64,000 nucleotides of DNA. Source: Camelus ferus (taxonomy: Eukaryota). Shown here one piece after another: positions 24,846-38,409 of the stretch. The stretch is from NCBI RefSeq assembly GCF_009834535.1, contig NC_045697.1:66280001-66344000 (forward strand), read 5' to 3'. The position numbers were made by a program, and so were the translations under genes. How positions within the stretch are numbered: the stretch's first letter is position 1; each line of letters starts with the position of its first letter. The notes below the pieces were generated by a model. It was given only the letters and a program-made list of their open reading frames with translations. It was not told the origin of the DNA and searched no databases.

Positions 24846-25615
24846 CCTTTAATGGTGCTTATCCGACTGGCAAGATTCATATTCATTCAGGTTTTCAGAA
24901 ACTCCTATTACCTTCATTTTATTGAGGAAATCCTTGTTTTCTTTTCTTTCAGAGGTGCTAATTTTTCAGTCACTCCTAAAGTCTTTTAGAAATGGGAATA
25001 TAATTTTTAAAAATCTCCATCATCCTTAAAATAACTTGCTTTTACCTTTGAATAGTTTTGAAAAATGTGGTGTCACTTCTAAATCATATCTTTGCCGTTA
25101 AATGTGTACTGATAAGTAGCCCTTAAAAAATATCTTGGGTTTTTTTTGTTGGTGGTGGTGGTGCAAAAATTTCACTTCTGAATCCAATATATAAGCAAGC
25201 AAGCCTTTCTTTGAACCTGAATTTATACATTTATAACATAGAACACTTACATATTTTTAAGTGTTTGTACTTTTTGAGTCAGTTCTTAAGCCATGACAAG
25301 TTCAACTTAGCTATTAGGTGTTTTTGAGGCCTCCTGGTTGAGCATGTGTTTTACCTTCCGCCTTACTGCCTCCTCCTTTATTGGGCTGTTTCAGTCATAA
25401 AATGCTTTGCCCTTTACTAAAGCAAATGCCATAAAGGATTTGCCTTAGGGCCAATTATTTCTCCATGACTTAAGGTGGAGTAAGAATACTAAGGAAGTGA
25501 AGTAAACAGAGAGTACAGCTCATGTCCTTTTATGGAAAGTAGTTTTGCAGGAAGAATTACTTTGTACACCGCCCTTTGAGAGTGAGGCAGTTCAGAAGAT
25601 GTCCCGTTAGGAATG
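24846..25615. promoter_or_regulatory. Candidate SRF/AP-1/TEAD intronic enhancer
   Basis: Three perfect CC(A/T)6GG boxes (24846, 25375, 25526), TGAGTCA (25275) and AGGAATG (25609) in apparently non-repetitive DNA. Motif evidence only. Confidence 0.4.
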
Positions 25616-27547
25616 GTCATAAACGTGTGTTTTCTTCTGTTGATGAAATGCAAGTAGCCTAGAAGATTTGGCAGCTCTTCCGTCTCAGATAGCGTGTGGG
25701 CTCTTTTTAGTTGTGTGGGAGCAGAATGGATGGTTGAGACAAACAGCTATCCTAGCAGCTGTGAACCGGGCACTTGTCAGTCTGGGACACTCTGTCCTCG
25801 GTTCTAGAATTTTACAGGCTGATTGGGAATGTTTGATCATATTAGGTTACATAACATGCAGTTCCTGTGGACACATATGCATGTATATTATACATACCTT
25901 AGATAGACACCTATATGAATGATAAATACCATATAAATGGTGAAGTCATTCTAGAGTTGATTATCTGGTAGTTAAAATTTGTTGCTTTTTTGGTTTTGGT
26001 CATTATATGAGCCTTACTAATTAGGTGTAGGATGTCAAGAATATTTTATAAGACTATCTGGTGACATCTTTTAAAACAAACATTTTTATTGAAAAATTAA
26101 AGCTTAATGACACTTGTAAAATATTTGAATAGTTTAACAATATACAGAGTATAAAGTAAAATTTCCCCAACCTTTTCTAGTCTTCCTTCTTCTAGATACA
26201 CTCTTTCTACCGTTTTACTCATTTCTATGTTCTAATGTGCATCACTCTCCCCCACTAATACATGTTGTTCTGCAGTTTTCCTTTTGTTCTTTGATTGTAT
26301 CATGGATGTATTTCCAGACCAGTACATATAAGTATTAGTGATGTACATAATTTACATGTCAATGTTTTTGAAGTAATTATTTTTTATATCCATGTTTTTT
26401 AAAGGAATGTTTGCTTATTTTTTGCCAACACATATCTTTATGTGGCTGTTAATAACAGAAAAAATTAAATATAAGGTATAGGTAATCTTGTTAACAAGTA
26501 TTATGATAAGTTATATGCAAATTTCCAATTACAATTAATAAACAATTTAAAATGACCTGAACATCTTGTCAACAATGACTATAAAATATTGTAAACTCTG
26601 TTTTTGAATATTTTTCCATATATTTGATTCTGTGTAAAATATTTGAATGATTTTGGATAGTGTTTTAAGTCTTTGAAATGTTGACATCTGTGAATATGCT
26701 TTCCATTAGCTTTTCTCAAAATTAAAAATACGTAACTTATACAATGCCATGTTAATTATACCTCTAAAAATGTTTATTTAAAGATTTATATATAAAGTAG
26801 CTGGAATTATGGTCCCATATACTATATATTATTTAATAATAGTACTTAAAATTCTTGACCATGTCCTTCCTTAACAGTGGATAAAAAATTGGTGAGATGA
26901 CCCAAAGGGGTATCTGATCAAAACTAATTTATTCTGTATATTGCATGTATTATCTTTCTAGAATTTCTCGTTAGTTTGATATTTATAATCCTATTTTATG
27001 TAGCCTGATATTAAAATAAGTCAGTGTGTTTGATAATTGTGTAAATGGTAAATGGCAGCAGAAGCCAATTTAGTATTGAAAAAAAATTTTGTGGCTGATC
27101 TGCTAATTGTATGACCCAAATGTGAAAAACTGAGAGATGATTCAAAAAGTGGTGATTCAAGAAGGTAAATGATTCTTTTAGAGTAGCGTTTTAATGAATA
27201 GCCAGTGTTGTAGTGTTAAGTAATTCAGTGAATTAATTTGGGTTGTACCCAGAAGGTAGGAGTGGATTCTTAATATACCTTTCAATTCTGTGTCTGGTTC
27301 TTTTTGTCTTATATGTGAATTTGAGTTTTGTAGTATAATATTAAGTGACTGTATTCCATGGTTTTTTTATACAACTTTATCTGTCAGAAGTCTTTATTCT
27401 CCATCTCTGTCACAAAGCAGCATTTCTCTATCCCCAGTGGGAATTTTTACGTGATAGTGTGAACCTTGTTTGTGTTCACTAACAGAGATCCTTGGTATAT
27501 TGATTTAGGAGTGTGGTCACTTTTTCATTGTAAAGAATGCAGTGATC

Positions 27548-27585
27548 TACCCTCACCCCCAGCCCCCAAAAAAATGAAGAAAAGA
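27548..27585 (+). mobile_element. 38-bp retroposon stub (SINE tail only)
   Basis: C-rich + A-rich insert between perfect 16-bp repeats aaagaatgcagtgatc (27532-27547, 27586-27601). Resembles the tail of the SINEs in this window. Confidence 0.75.
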
Positions 27586-28513
27586 AAAGAATGCAGTGAT
27601 CATTACTTTATTCAGAATAAAAGCCAGAAACTGATTTTGGTTATGGACAGGCATCTAGCATTTGCACTTGAGACGGGAAACTTAATGCTCTTCCAAGCTT
27701 TTGAGCTGTTCAGGTGTTTGAGTAAATCATTTCCTTCCATAACTTCTTGACTCTGACGTTGATTATCCTTATCTGATATTTTAGAATTAATATGATCATA
27801 TTAAAGAATCTTTTACTGTTGCTAGTTCATACTTAAATCCTGGGACAATTTCCTTTTCTTTTTGGACCCAGAACACATTGAATATTGGATAAACTTCAGA
27901 ATTTATCTTCAGTGATTGGCTACCTTGTGAAATACATCACTTGCGTATTGTATTATTCCTCTCTGTCTTCGTAAATTTTCAGCAACAGCTAAGGCTCATA
28001 ATCTGTACAACTAAGGATGTATAAACTGTGCTTTATTTTTTCAAAACATTGGCAAGATGAATGTCCATTTCATCATCTATCTCATTTAAGTTAGAGATTT
28101 CTTATGCCAGAAACAGATAGGGTAAGGAATGTAATTTTTATAATAAACTATTTAGTTTTAAGAGTTGCTTTTTTCCCCGTTTCTCATTAGTTAAGAGATA
28201 ATTGGACCAAATTAAATTTATGAATCAGAATCTCCTATATGTGTTTTGTAGATTAAAAAACACTCTAGATTTTTACTATAGTACAATGTTTTGGAATTAG
28301 TAGTAGAAGTTTATTTTTTGTGTGTGTGAACTACGAACAGTATTTTAATACATCTTTGAGTTTCCATGATGGAAGTGTAAAAGAAAAAATACCTTATAAT
28401 CCCCTTATGATTAATATACTACCAAGAAAAATATTTTCTGTGCATATAAATGTTTATTTTTAAAATACAGAAGTGGAATCATTTTTATATGTTTTATAGC
28501 TTAGGTTTTTACC

Positions 28514-29257
28514 TTTATTGATGTTTAATACATGTGCAATATACTGCTCATATTTAAAATGTACACTTTGATAACTTTGGACAGATCTGTACACCCACAA
28601 AACTATCATTACAATCAAGAGAGTGAACATAATCGATCACCCCCAGAAGTTTCCTGGGAGCTCTTGTAGTCGCTTTCCCTTCACTTTCCCCTTCTCATCC
28701 CATACAACCACTGATCTGCTTTGTATCACTATAGATTAGTTTGCATTTCCTAGAATTTCATATAAGTGAAACTATGCAGTATGCACTCTTTTTTTTTTTT
28801 TTTTGCCTCCCCTTGGGTCTGAGCTTTTTTCATTCAGTGTAATTATAACAATTATTTTGAGATTCATCCATGCTGTAGCTAACAGAAGTTCATTTCCTTG
28901 TATTACTGAGTAGTGTTTCTTTGTGTAGTTTGTTTATTTACCTGTTGATGGACATTTGGGTTATTTCCCATTTGGGGCTGTTACTTTATAAAGAAAGCTG
29001 CAGTGCACCTTCACATACAAGGCTTTGTAAGGATGTGTGCTCTCGTTTTTCTCGGTTAAATACTTAGGAGTGAAATGGCTGAAGTATATGGAAGGTATAT
29101 GCTTAACTTTTTAAGAAATTGCAAGTTTTCCTAAGTGGTTATATCGTTTTACATTTCCATTAGCAGTGTATGAGAGTTCTGTTTCTTCACATCCTCATCA
29201 ATACTTGCTATGATCAGTATTTTTAATTTTAGTCATTCTAAATCGTATGCATAGTAT
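28514..29257 (-). mobile_element. Old L1 (L1MC/MB-like) 3' part; resumes at ~30095-30150 and ~30425-30482
   Basis: caaccactgatctgcttt...tttgcatttcctagaatttcatata...gttgatggacatttggg...ttaggagtgaaatggctg are typical L1M antisense motifs. Confidence 0.85.
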
Positions 29258-29329
29258 TTTTTTTTAAATCAAGATGAATTATTAGAGTCTTCAACATGTG
29301 ATGCACTGTTCAAGTTTTTTTTTTATTGA

Positions 29330-30080
29330 AATGAATGCTATTTGTGTACAAATTTCTGTGTGGGCTTATGCTTTCATTGCTTTGGATATGTACCTGTGAG
29401 TGGGATTACTGGGTCATATGGTAATTCTGTGTTTAACCATTTTAGGAAGTTTGAGACCATTTTCCAGAGCAGCTGCACCATTTTAATTCTCATCAGCTGT
29501 GTTATGAGGCTTCTACTTCACCACGCTCTTGTCCATACTTGTTATTGTCTGTAGTCATCTTGGTATTAAGTGGTGTCGTTGTTGTTTTGGTTTGCATATT
29601 CCTGATAGCTAATGCTATTGAGCATCTTTTTATGTACTCTTTGGACATTTGCATACCTAATTTTATGGAGAAATGTGTATTTGAATCCTTTGCTCATTTT
29701 AAATGTGGGGTTTTTATCTTTTTATTATTGAGTAGTAGGAGTTTTTTAAAAACAATACATGTTTATGAGGCAAGTCTGTTATCAAATATATGATTTGCAG
29801 ATATTTTCTCTGTTCTGTGGGCTGTCTTTTCACTTAACCTTGATGCACAAGTTTTTAATTTTGATGAAGTCCAATTTTTCTATTTTTTCTTTTGTTATGC
29901 TTTAAGTGTCGCATCTAAGAAGGCTTTGACAATCCCAGAGTCCTGAAAATTTATTCCAATATTTTCTTCCAAGAGTTTTATAGTTTTAGCTGTTACATTT
30001 AAGTTGATAATCCATTTTGAGTTAATTTTTCCATATGGTATGAGGAAGAGGTCCACTTTCATTCTTTTGCATATGGATAT
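29330..30080 (-). mobile_element. Old L1 ORF2 fragment nested in the previous L1
   Basis: ORF 29895..30203 contains ICKRMKVDLFLIPYGKINSKWIINLNVTAKTIKLLEENIG, recognisable L1 ORF2p C-terminal region. Confidence 0.88.
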
Positions 30081-30151
30081 ATATGTGGAAACCATCTTTG
30101 GTTTTAATTTATATTTCCCTAATGACCACTGATGTTCAGTATGTTTTCTTT

Positions 30152-30423
30152 TTCTATTAAAATTTTTTCCAACTTTACTGAAATGTAGTTGACATATTAA
30201 CATTGTATAAGTTTAAAATGTGCAACATATATTAAAGTATACGTGTATACATTGTGAAATGACCACCACGATAAGGTTAGTTAACACACCCATCACCTTA
30301 CATAATTGTAATTTTTTTTGTGATGAGAACATTTAAGTTCTAGCAACTTCCAGTACCGTATTGTTAACTGTAGTCACCATGCTGTGCATTAGATCCCCAG
30401 AACCTATTCATCTTATGACTGGA
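30152..30423 (-). mobile_element. L1MA-like 3' end nested in older L1
   Basis: ctttactgaaatgtagttgaca...ttaactgtagtcaccatgctgtgcattagatccccagaac. Confidence 0.8.
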
Positions 30424-33400
30424 TTAAGCGTCTTTTGTTTGCTTTATTGCCATCTGCGTATTTTCTTTAGTGATATATGTTCTCCTACTTTTTCACTTAA
30501 CAGCATTCCATGGACTGAAATTTAAGTATGTAGATCATTTATTGACATAGAAAAAGATCTAATTCTGTGGTCCTTTAATCACTGAATAATATTTAATTTC
30601 ATGAATATGTTAATGATTTTTTTAAACTTTGTACATAAAAATGGTTGTTTACTAGTATAAAACCTGTTGTCCTAAACATCCTGCACTCTTATTTGACAGA
30701 AATAAGTACTTAGAGGTCTAATTACTGGATCCAAAAGTTTATGTGTTTTTAAGATTTTTGATAATTATTGCCAAGTTACCCTCAAGAAAGATTATACTCC
30801 AACAGTGGGAACATTTGAGAGGGTCAGAAAAACCTTTAGAAGCATGCATAGACCAGGGGATATAGTCATCTGCCTTCTCATTCACATTCTAGATCTTGAC
30901 AAGGTCACACTGTTTCTTGACAAACTTTCATGTCTCTAAGGGCATTGTAGGTTTTTTTCTCCCTCTGATACATGTTTCTTACATATTGTTAAGACTTTTA
31001 TAGCTACATTTCTTGATGCTTTTCTGCTCTATATATCTGGAAAGTCCCACACATCTTTTAAGGCTGAAGCCACTGTGACCCTCCTCAATGAAATCTTTCT
31101 CAGTTTCAACCCCAGAGTATAAGTTTATTCTAAGCATACACTACATTTTACATATTCATCTTTGAATTTTAGAACCTACCACTGTGCCTGGCATATGTAT
31201 TTTTTTCTCAATACTGACTAGTTAAATTATGCTTGGATCAAATCAGGTTTCTTATCTATATTATATTCTACAGTATATCTTTTGTATTAATGCTAATTTC
31301 AACTTGAAAAGCTTATCGATGTGAGTATATCCCTAACTACTAGCATTATGCAAGAAATCCTGGTTGTATCTGAGAACGTAAATGTCATCAAAACACACAT
31401 TAAAGTAACTTTTTGTTTGTTTCAGAATTTTATAATCTCAAATGACACAACTGTATAAGCCTGGCCTGGTTTCACTGTTTAGAATTATAGAGTAGAATAT
31501 TTTGTTAAACTTTAGCTTAAGATTTTTCTTAAGATTTTCCATTAAGTTGCAGTAATCTCCAAGTATGGTTCAGTTAAGGTTGTGTTGTAAGTTGACCTTA
31601 GCAACATCTTCTGTTAGATAGCATGCCAAAATTAAAATGGAGCTTAGTTATTTTACAAAAAGGTTTGGCATTGTAGATATTTGTCTGTCTCCTCTGGCTT
31701 ACAGATTTGTCCATCAAGCTGTGAAGACCTAAATTTCATATAACCAACTGTCTAGGACATTAAAAAAAAAATGAAACTTTTGAATGTTAAATTAAAATTA
31801 TTGAGTAAATGTATTACTTGCTTTGTATGTAAAAACAGAAATGACTGTTCTATTGCCAGTATTAGAATTCTTGTAGAAGTCTTATTGAATTGATGAATAT
31901 ATAAGAGGACATTTTTATGAAGATCAGTACAAGCTGTTTTCCAAAGAAAGTCTGGGGAAATGTTTTTGCAACTTGAACATCACTAATGCAGCAAGTTGAG
32001 TTATTTGGGGGCTGCTTTGGCCAGCACACTGATGCCCAGAAAAGGTCTGGGCTGATGGCTTGCCAGATGCACATTAGACCCAGTAAAGGAGAAACCAAAC
32101 TAGCTGACTACTCACTGCCAATTTCAGTTTCCATTTGACTTAATCCAAACTACATTATAAATAGGTAACAGCCTACAAATTCAATTAGTTCCAGAAAAAC
32201 CAGATTTATCTAAAATTGTATCTCTCATTTTTGTATGGTTCCTCTATAAATTCTCATTGATGGTAGTAGATAAAAAGGCATTAAAGTTTGAGTCTTTCTG
32301 ATTTCAGAAGATTTATGCCCAGCAGATGTGACACTTTCAGACTCACACCAAATGAGTGAGCTGTGATTTAAGAATTGCTTAAGACTATCCTCTGGTGTAG
32401 ATTCCTTTTTTTTGAAGACTGCTTTATATATGATTCTTTTTTTTCCTCCTTATGTATATGATTCTTTGACATATGTATTATTTCCCTCAAAGGAAGGTAT
32501 TGTCAATGGCTTTAATTGAATTAATGCTTTCTGTGATGCTTCTTTGTTCCTCGTTTTGTTGCTGAGCGTTTTGGGGACATGTCTTAATAATTATGTATTT
32601 ACTGTCAATGAAATCTTTCTGCTTAGTATTGTAGAGTTGAGAAGATAATTTATTTTTTTTATCCTAATAGTAGTGACTACTGTTTATGTAAAGAAGTGAA
32701 AATAATAATTCAGACACCCAATACCAGTATCCCAGTAGAGGTAAAAAAATTGAAGGAGTGGTTTATACCCAGTGAACTATACAAAACATGTTATGATCAT
32801 GATAAAAATATGATTACCAATTATATAGTACAGAATTCATTTTGGAAAGGTTAATTGACTGTGCTCAGCTGTTAAGATACCTTCTTGAGTACTTTGACAT
32901 TCCTATTAGATAAGGTGGGAAAACATCTTAGTGAATTATTCTAGAGTTCAGGTTTAAATCTTATTTGTAGGGTGGCTTATCTTGTCTGCATATCGTCACA
33001 AAGAGTTATGTAGAGATAATGAAACAGCTTCATTTCATAAAGTAGGAACCTATTTTGTATTAATTCTGTATATTATTGCTACATAGCAGAACGTGTATCT
33101 AGTGCACCGTCATCCAGTTTCAAATCATAGATTTTGGACCACTCTTCACCACCAGCACTTTTGTCTTTGAGTGTATAGCTACATGCTGTGAGAGAGTTTT
33201 AACTTGCCAGATAGGCTGAGAGGAATAACAACATTCATTATTATATCTGTTATTGGAGAATCCTTCTTGGAAAACTATTTTGCCACTGCTTAGCTAAACC
33301 TAGATTTTCAGCCAGGAGTCCAAATGAGGAGTGACCTGGGCTTTGAGGTCAGGGCTAAGCACGGAGAAGCCAAGTGCGTGGGCTTTAAAAAAAACAGGCT

Positions 33401-34150
33401 CATTTGGATTTTACCTGCAGAGAGATATTAGAGTTATATTTATTCCTCTCTCAAATTCAGTGGCTAAATTTAAAATTAAGTACCCCCATGAGTGATTTCA
33501 GAGGTCTTTTGCTCGTGGCTAAAAATGAAAATTAAATATATTTAACAGAGATGTTTTTGTGTTTTCATATATTTCATTGATTTTTTATATGTTTTGCTGT
33601 TGTAATGGTATATTCCCAGCTCAGGATCTTCACATATACTGGTCTTTTTGAAATTCTTCTGCCTGGCTACCCCTGGACTGTCTGAGTCACCTGGATGACT
33701 CCTAGACTGTTTGAAATACCCATATTATTTACTCTTATAACACCTTGCATCAAAAAAAGGTAGTACACTTATGAGAATTATATTTAAGTACTATAGTTAT
33801 GCTAATTATTTATTTAATGTCTACTTTCTATACTAACTTCACAAAGGCATTTTTCTTGCTCACTGCTGTATTGTCTGTTTCCCATTGTGTCCTTGGTGTT
33901 TAATGGGTATGTACGGAATGAATGAATACATGCATGCATCCATTGTATTCTTTTAATATAAAAGCCTTGTACGTAGTAAAGAATCTAAACATGGTATTAC
34001 TTTGGCAATGGTGTCTATTCACATCTGAAAGTACAATTTTTTTCAAAGTATAATTTTTTTCTGAAAGTTACTGTGCCTTATCAGCAAAAGCAGCTCCTTT
34101 TAGAGCATCTAATACCTTGTAAGAGTACTTGAAAACTTGTGAATTTTATT

Positions 34151-34241
34151 TAAAAAATTTTTTTTAGATACAGGTACTGGAGATTGAACCTAGAACGTTG
34201 TGCATGCTAAATATGTTTACCGCTGAGCTATACCCACCACC
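34151..34241 (-). mobile_element. tRNA-derived SINE, diverged short-tail form
   Basis: ggtactggagattgaacc...tgcatgctaa...ctgagctataccc. TSD tgtgaa(t/a)tttatt at 34138-34150 and 34242-34254. Confidence 0.85.
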
Positions 34242-35699
34242 TGTGAAATTTATTAACAACCGTGAATTCTTTCATTAATTTTTAGCCAAAGGGACATGTG
34301 TAGACACAGTTAACATTTTAATAGCTCTTCCAAACTAGGGGATCAATACCTGTAATAGCCAGTCCCAGGAAATTTTACATAAGTTATGCGTAGATTTCTG
34401 TTTTACAGTTCAGTTCCTTATGCAGAATTGAAGGCTGAATAAAGAGAGGACGAACACCAAGAATGTATGCAGGGATAAAAAGGCAGAAATGATGTTTTGA
34501 ATATTCAGGCTTTTATGTGTTATAAAATAAGTTATAGCAACTGAAATGTATTTGTTTTTTAAAATTTCATTTACTTGTACTAATTTTAAACATACAGAGT
34601 ATAAAGAAGAAAAATTTTAAAGTTGCCTGTAGTCATGTTGTCTAATCCCTCTGGTAATTCCTGTTGACACTTAAAAATATATATTTTTCTGATTTTCTAA
34701 AAAAATTTTTTCTAACTCTTTAAAATGTCAGGACATTTCAGGCACAGCAACTGGTCTTTGATGTTCTAATACGGTATTATTAAAAGTGTTGTCAGTTTGT
34801 GATAACGTAAGTTCAGAAATTGAGTGTATTTAGACATTTTAATGGCAGTTTGACCCAGTAATTTTATGTCTGTTGAATGTAATAATAGAAATTTGGGGGT
34901 TGTATTTTATACATTTTTTAAAAATAAATTTTTCAGATAATTTGGTTTTTGTTGTATTTTTATTAAAATACTGGTCTGAAACAGATAGGAGATTTTTAAG
35001 AACTGTCTCTTTGCAGACGCTTTGAGGAGCTGTGCTCTATGTTATTTCATTGATCAATCATATTTCATCAATCAGTCTTATTCCTCTCTCACCAGTCTCT
35101 CCTCAGAGAGGCTTCTGTTGTCAGTCATCAAGGGAATCCCTGGGGAAGATCCTTCTACCAAAATAAAAATGTTGGGAGGAAATGGGGTAATACGCTATCT
35201 TGGAAGGCAGAAACTGGGCAGGCTGACTTCTCTCCTTCTCAAAAGAGTAAGATTAATTCAGTAGGAGAACTGCAGGGGTTTTAAAGTGAAGCGAGGAAAT
35301 TGGAGGAGGCAGGGCAAGTGTCTGTCTTTTCTGCCACTTTCCCTCTCTTCCTCTTTTTCTGCCTTTTCCTTCCTGCCCCCTGATCTCCTCCTGCTTCTTC
35401 AGTCTCTCTTCCTTTTTGGTCTGGATGGTTTGACTGAGGAATTTTTTTTTAAAGCTTGTGTGATGTATGAATACCTGTTTTTGGATACCTGAGAGTTAAT
35501 CAGGTAGCAGTTTAGAGCTAAGCTTTAAGGGAAAGAGATTTCTCTCCTGCTTTATCCAGCCTAGTTTATCAAAGTAGGAGGGACAGATAGATGGGATTTA
35601 GGGAGTAAACTGTGCAAGAGTAAAACATGTGCTTTTGGCTGGAGTGTGCAGTGTGTTATCTCTGGAGGGAGAGTGGCAGGTGATATGCTGGGTGGGAGG

Positions 35700-35905
35700 G
35701 CAGCCCAGCTGGTGATCACAAGGTGGACTTTGGAATCGCACTGCCTGGGTTCCAGCCTCAGTAATGTGACCTCCTGACTCTAAGTGACCTTAGACTAGTA
35801 ACTTAACCTCTCTTTACCTTAGTTTCCTCACTTATAAATTCGGAGTACTAGTACTTTATAGCGTCTTTGTGAGGTTAAATGAATGAATACCTGTGAAACA
35901 TCTAA
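35700..35905 (+). mobile_element. MIR SINE
   Basis: ctgcctgggttc...gtgacctt...acttaacctctct...agtttcctcacttataaa. Confidence 0.8.
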
Positions 35906-37449
35906 CTCTCCAGCATTGCTTCCCCTTTCCTCCTCCTTTTCTGTATTATTAGCATAAAGCCTGTACCAGGCAACCTGTTGAAATAGATATCTTTGTGGGT
36001 GTTGCCGCTGGTGTGAGTACTAGCCAAATATTTGCAGGATGGGCACATAGGTTTCTTCCTTTCTAGTTTGCCATTTTGAAAGTTTTGTTTTTGATTTTTA
36101 AATCAGCAGACAGAAGTTTGTGATAGTGACTTTTTTTTTAAATTGGAGCTATTAGATGTTGGGTATTTCTTAAATTATTTCCAATATCTGAATGAAACCA
36201 GTAGTCACAGAACAGGCCTAGAAAGATAGATTGTTGAAGTGGCCAGACACCATAGATTATACATTCCAAACTACTCTTCCTCCCCCACCACGTATTTTCT
36301 TAAACAGCTGAACAAGCTCAGGACAGATGAGTTCTTTGACGGGTGTAATTAGTTTTGAAAATAACTGCCTTGAACATTAATTTAGTATTAAGTTGTTACT
36401 ACAAGAGATTCCTTAATCTCTCTTTAGCCAGTAGAATTTTTAATTGAGTAATATGGATATTTTTCACTGACCTCTCCCGAAATAATACTGTTTTATAATA
36501 GCTTTTCATTGTGTGGGAGGGTATTTTTGATGGTTCAACTTCATATTGGGATAAAAATAGCTGTAATATTGTTCAGGTGAATTTATTTTCGAGATCTGCG
36601 AGGTTTCTCTCCTAGGTGTTTGTATCTGTCACTTGGCTGCCTGAAGAAATTCTTTTTCTTATCAATTAAACCACCCAATCTCTGATGATAGTTCTGTTTT
36701 AAAAGGTCCAAACATCTGATGACCTGCACCAGCTTTGATATGGGAGACTTGTTTTTTTATCTGTCAAAACACTGGGGAAAGGTCATTGAATGCCAGACTC
36801 CAGACCACTTGGATTTCTACAATCCTTTTATGTTTTCACTTTGTTTTGCTTGTTCCAAAATGGCAGGTTGTGATTTTGGCTGTCTAACATCGTTCCTTAA
36901 TATGAGAGTTTATGTTTATTATATACAGAATGATAGGGAAATTGATTGTGTTTAGCTGCCTTTTATTTCTGTTGGGAGTTACTGTTATGTCTTTATGGGA
37001 CAACGTCAGTATCTTGTGTAGAGATGATTTATGTTTCCCTGAATAATCAGTTCTTTCTGGCCTAGGAGACTTCCTACTGTCTTGTTTGTTCCATTTGCCA
37101 GTGTCATCACAGCTTAACAGAATGTTATTTTAGTTCTTTTTGAAATCATTTTGAAGTTATGCTTACTATTTAATAATATAAATTCAGTTTCTCTGAACTC
37201 TAGCTAGATTGAAACTCATATTTCATCTTGTAGCATTTGCCATGGTAAAACAAAAAATGTTTGCAATCTGATTGAAATGACTGATGTGTAATGAGAATCA
37301 GAACGTCATGATTGTATTACTCTTACAGAGAAAGACCATTTATAATGTGTGACTAAAATTGTGTAATGGTCTCTTGCATCAGGTCATGTACTCACCAATT
37401 ATTGATTGTGTGCTTAGTCTGTTTCTCATTTTCAAATCCGTATATCTCC

Positions 37450-37620
37450 TATCCAGTACCCTTGGCATGTGGCTGTCTGCCTTCTACTTAGACATACCCA
37501 GGAATAGGAATCTCATTACTTTGCAAGGAAATCATTTTATTTCTGGAATGTTCTGAATGTTTTCCAGCCTGTATCTGTGCTGAGAATTGAAATCTTTCTT
37601 TCTGGAACTGGTACCCTTGG
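37450..37620 (-). mobile_element. L3/CR1 relic
   Basis: gccttctacttagacatacccagg...ggaatctcattactttgcaagg resembles the antisense L3 3' region. Confidence 0.45.
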
Positions 37621-37624
37621 ACTC

Positions 37625-37770
37625 TTGTTCCTGCCTAGAGGGTTTATTAGATTCCTGGGCTCAAACTCCGACTTTCTAAATCAGAATCTCTCGTAATGAT
37701 CTCCATGACCTGTACTTTTAGAAGGTGCGCAGAGAGGTTATGATCAGCAGGGTGTGGGAATCACTGCTTT
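37625..37770. mobile_element. MER5-type hAT fragment
   Basis: agattcctgggc...aatcagaatctct...gggaatcactg. Confidence 0.55.
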
Positions 37771-38409
37771 GTAAAACACAGTAATTCTAGTTCACTACTA
37801 TATCATACAGTCAGTTTTTTCAGCACCATCCATTTTTCCTAAGTACTTCCTGGTATAACTTCTGGATCTTCTATTGTGACCATGGTGGCTTCTCTGGTAC
37901 TGAATTATGTATAATATTTCTTATATGGTCTAAACACACAGAATACGGTAGGACTGACACTTCCCCTACAGTCGGTAGTGCTTTTTGTTGTTGTTGTTGT
38001 GCACTGTAATATATATATTACTGCTTAAAAATATTTAAACAAACCCCAGAACATCCTGTTAACTCAAAGGGATAGTGAAGCCTTCTAAAGTCTCTCTGGT
38101 TTTATTTTTGTGAACTCTTTGTCAAGCCTTCCAAATTCTCATGAATTTGAATTTCTCTTTCAATTTTTTGCTTTTGAGTCTAAATACTGGGCTATAGATT
38201 TATTCCCGTACATTTTGTGTGTCATCAAGTTAATAAAAAGCTTTTTTTTTCCTACAGCCCAGCATACTACTCTCTTTCCTACTCTGTTGTTTTCTTTTTT
38301 TTTTTCTTTTAACATGTATGAATTGGTATACATACCTCCTAAGTCTATAAAAAGTTGTTGGAAACAAATATTGAATCAGTTCCAAGAAACGGAGCTTGTG
38401 TTATTGATT

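Noticed and set aside
29895..30203. 102-aa ORF as a gene
   Set aside because: Decayed L1 ORF2 fragment fused by chance to a neighbouring repeat.
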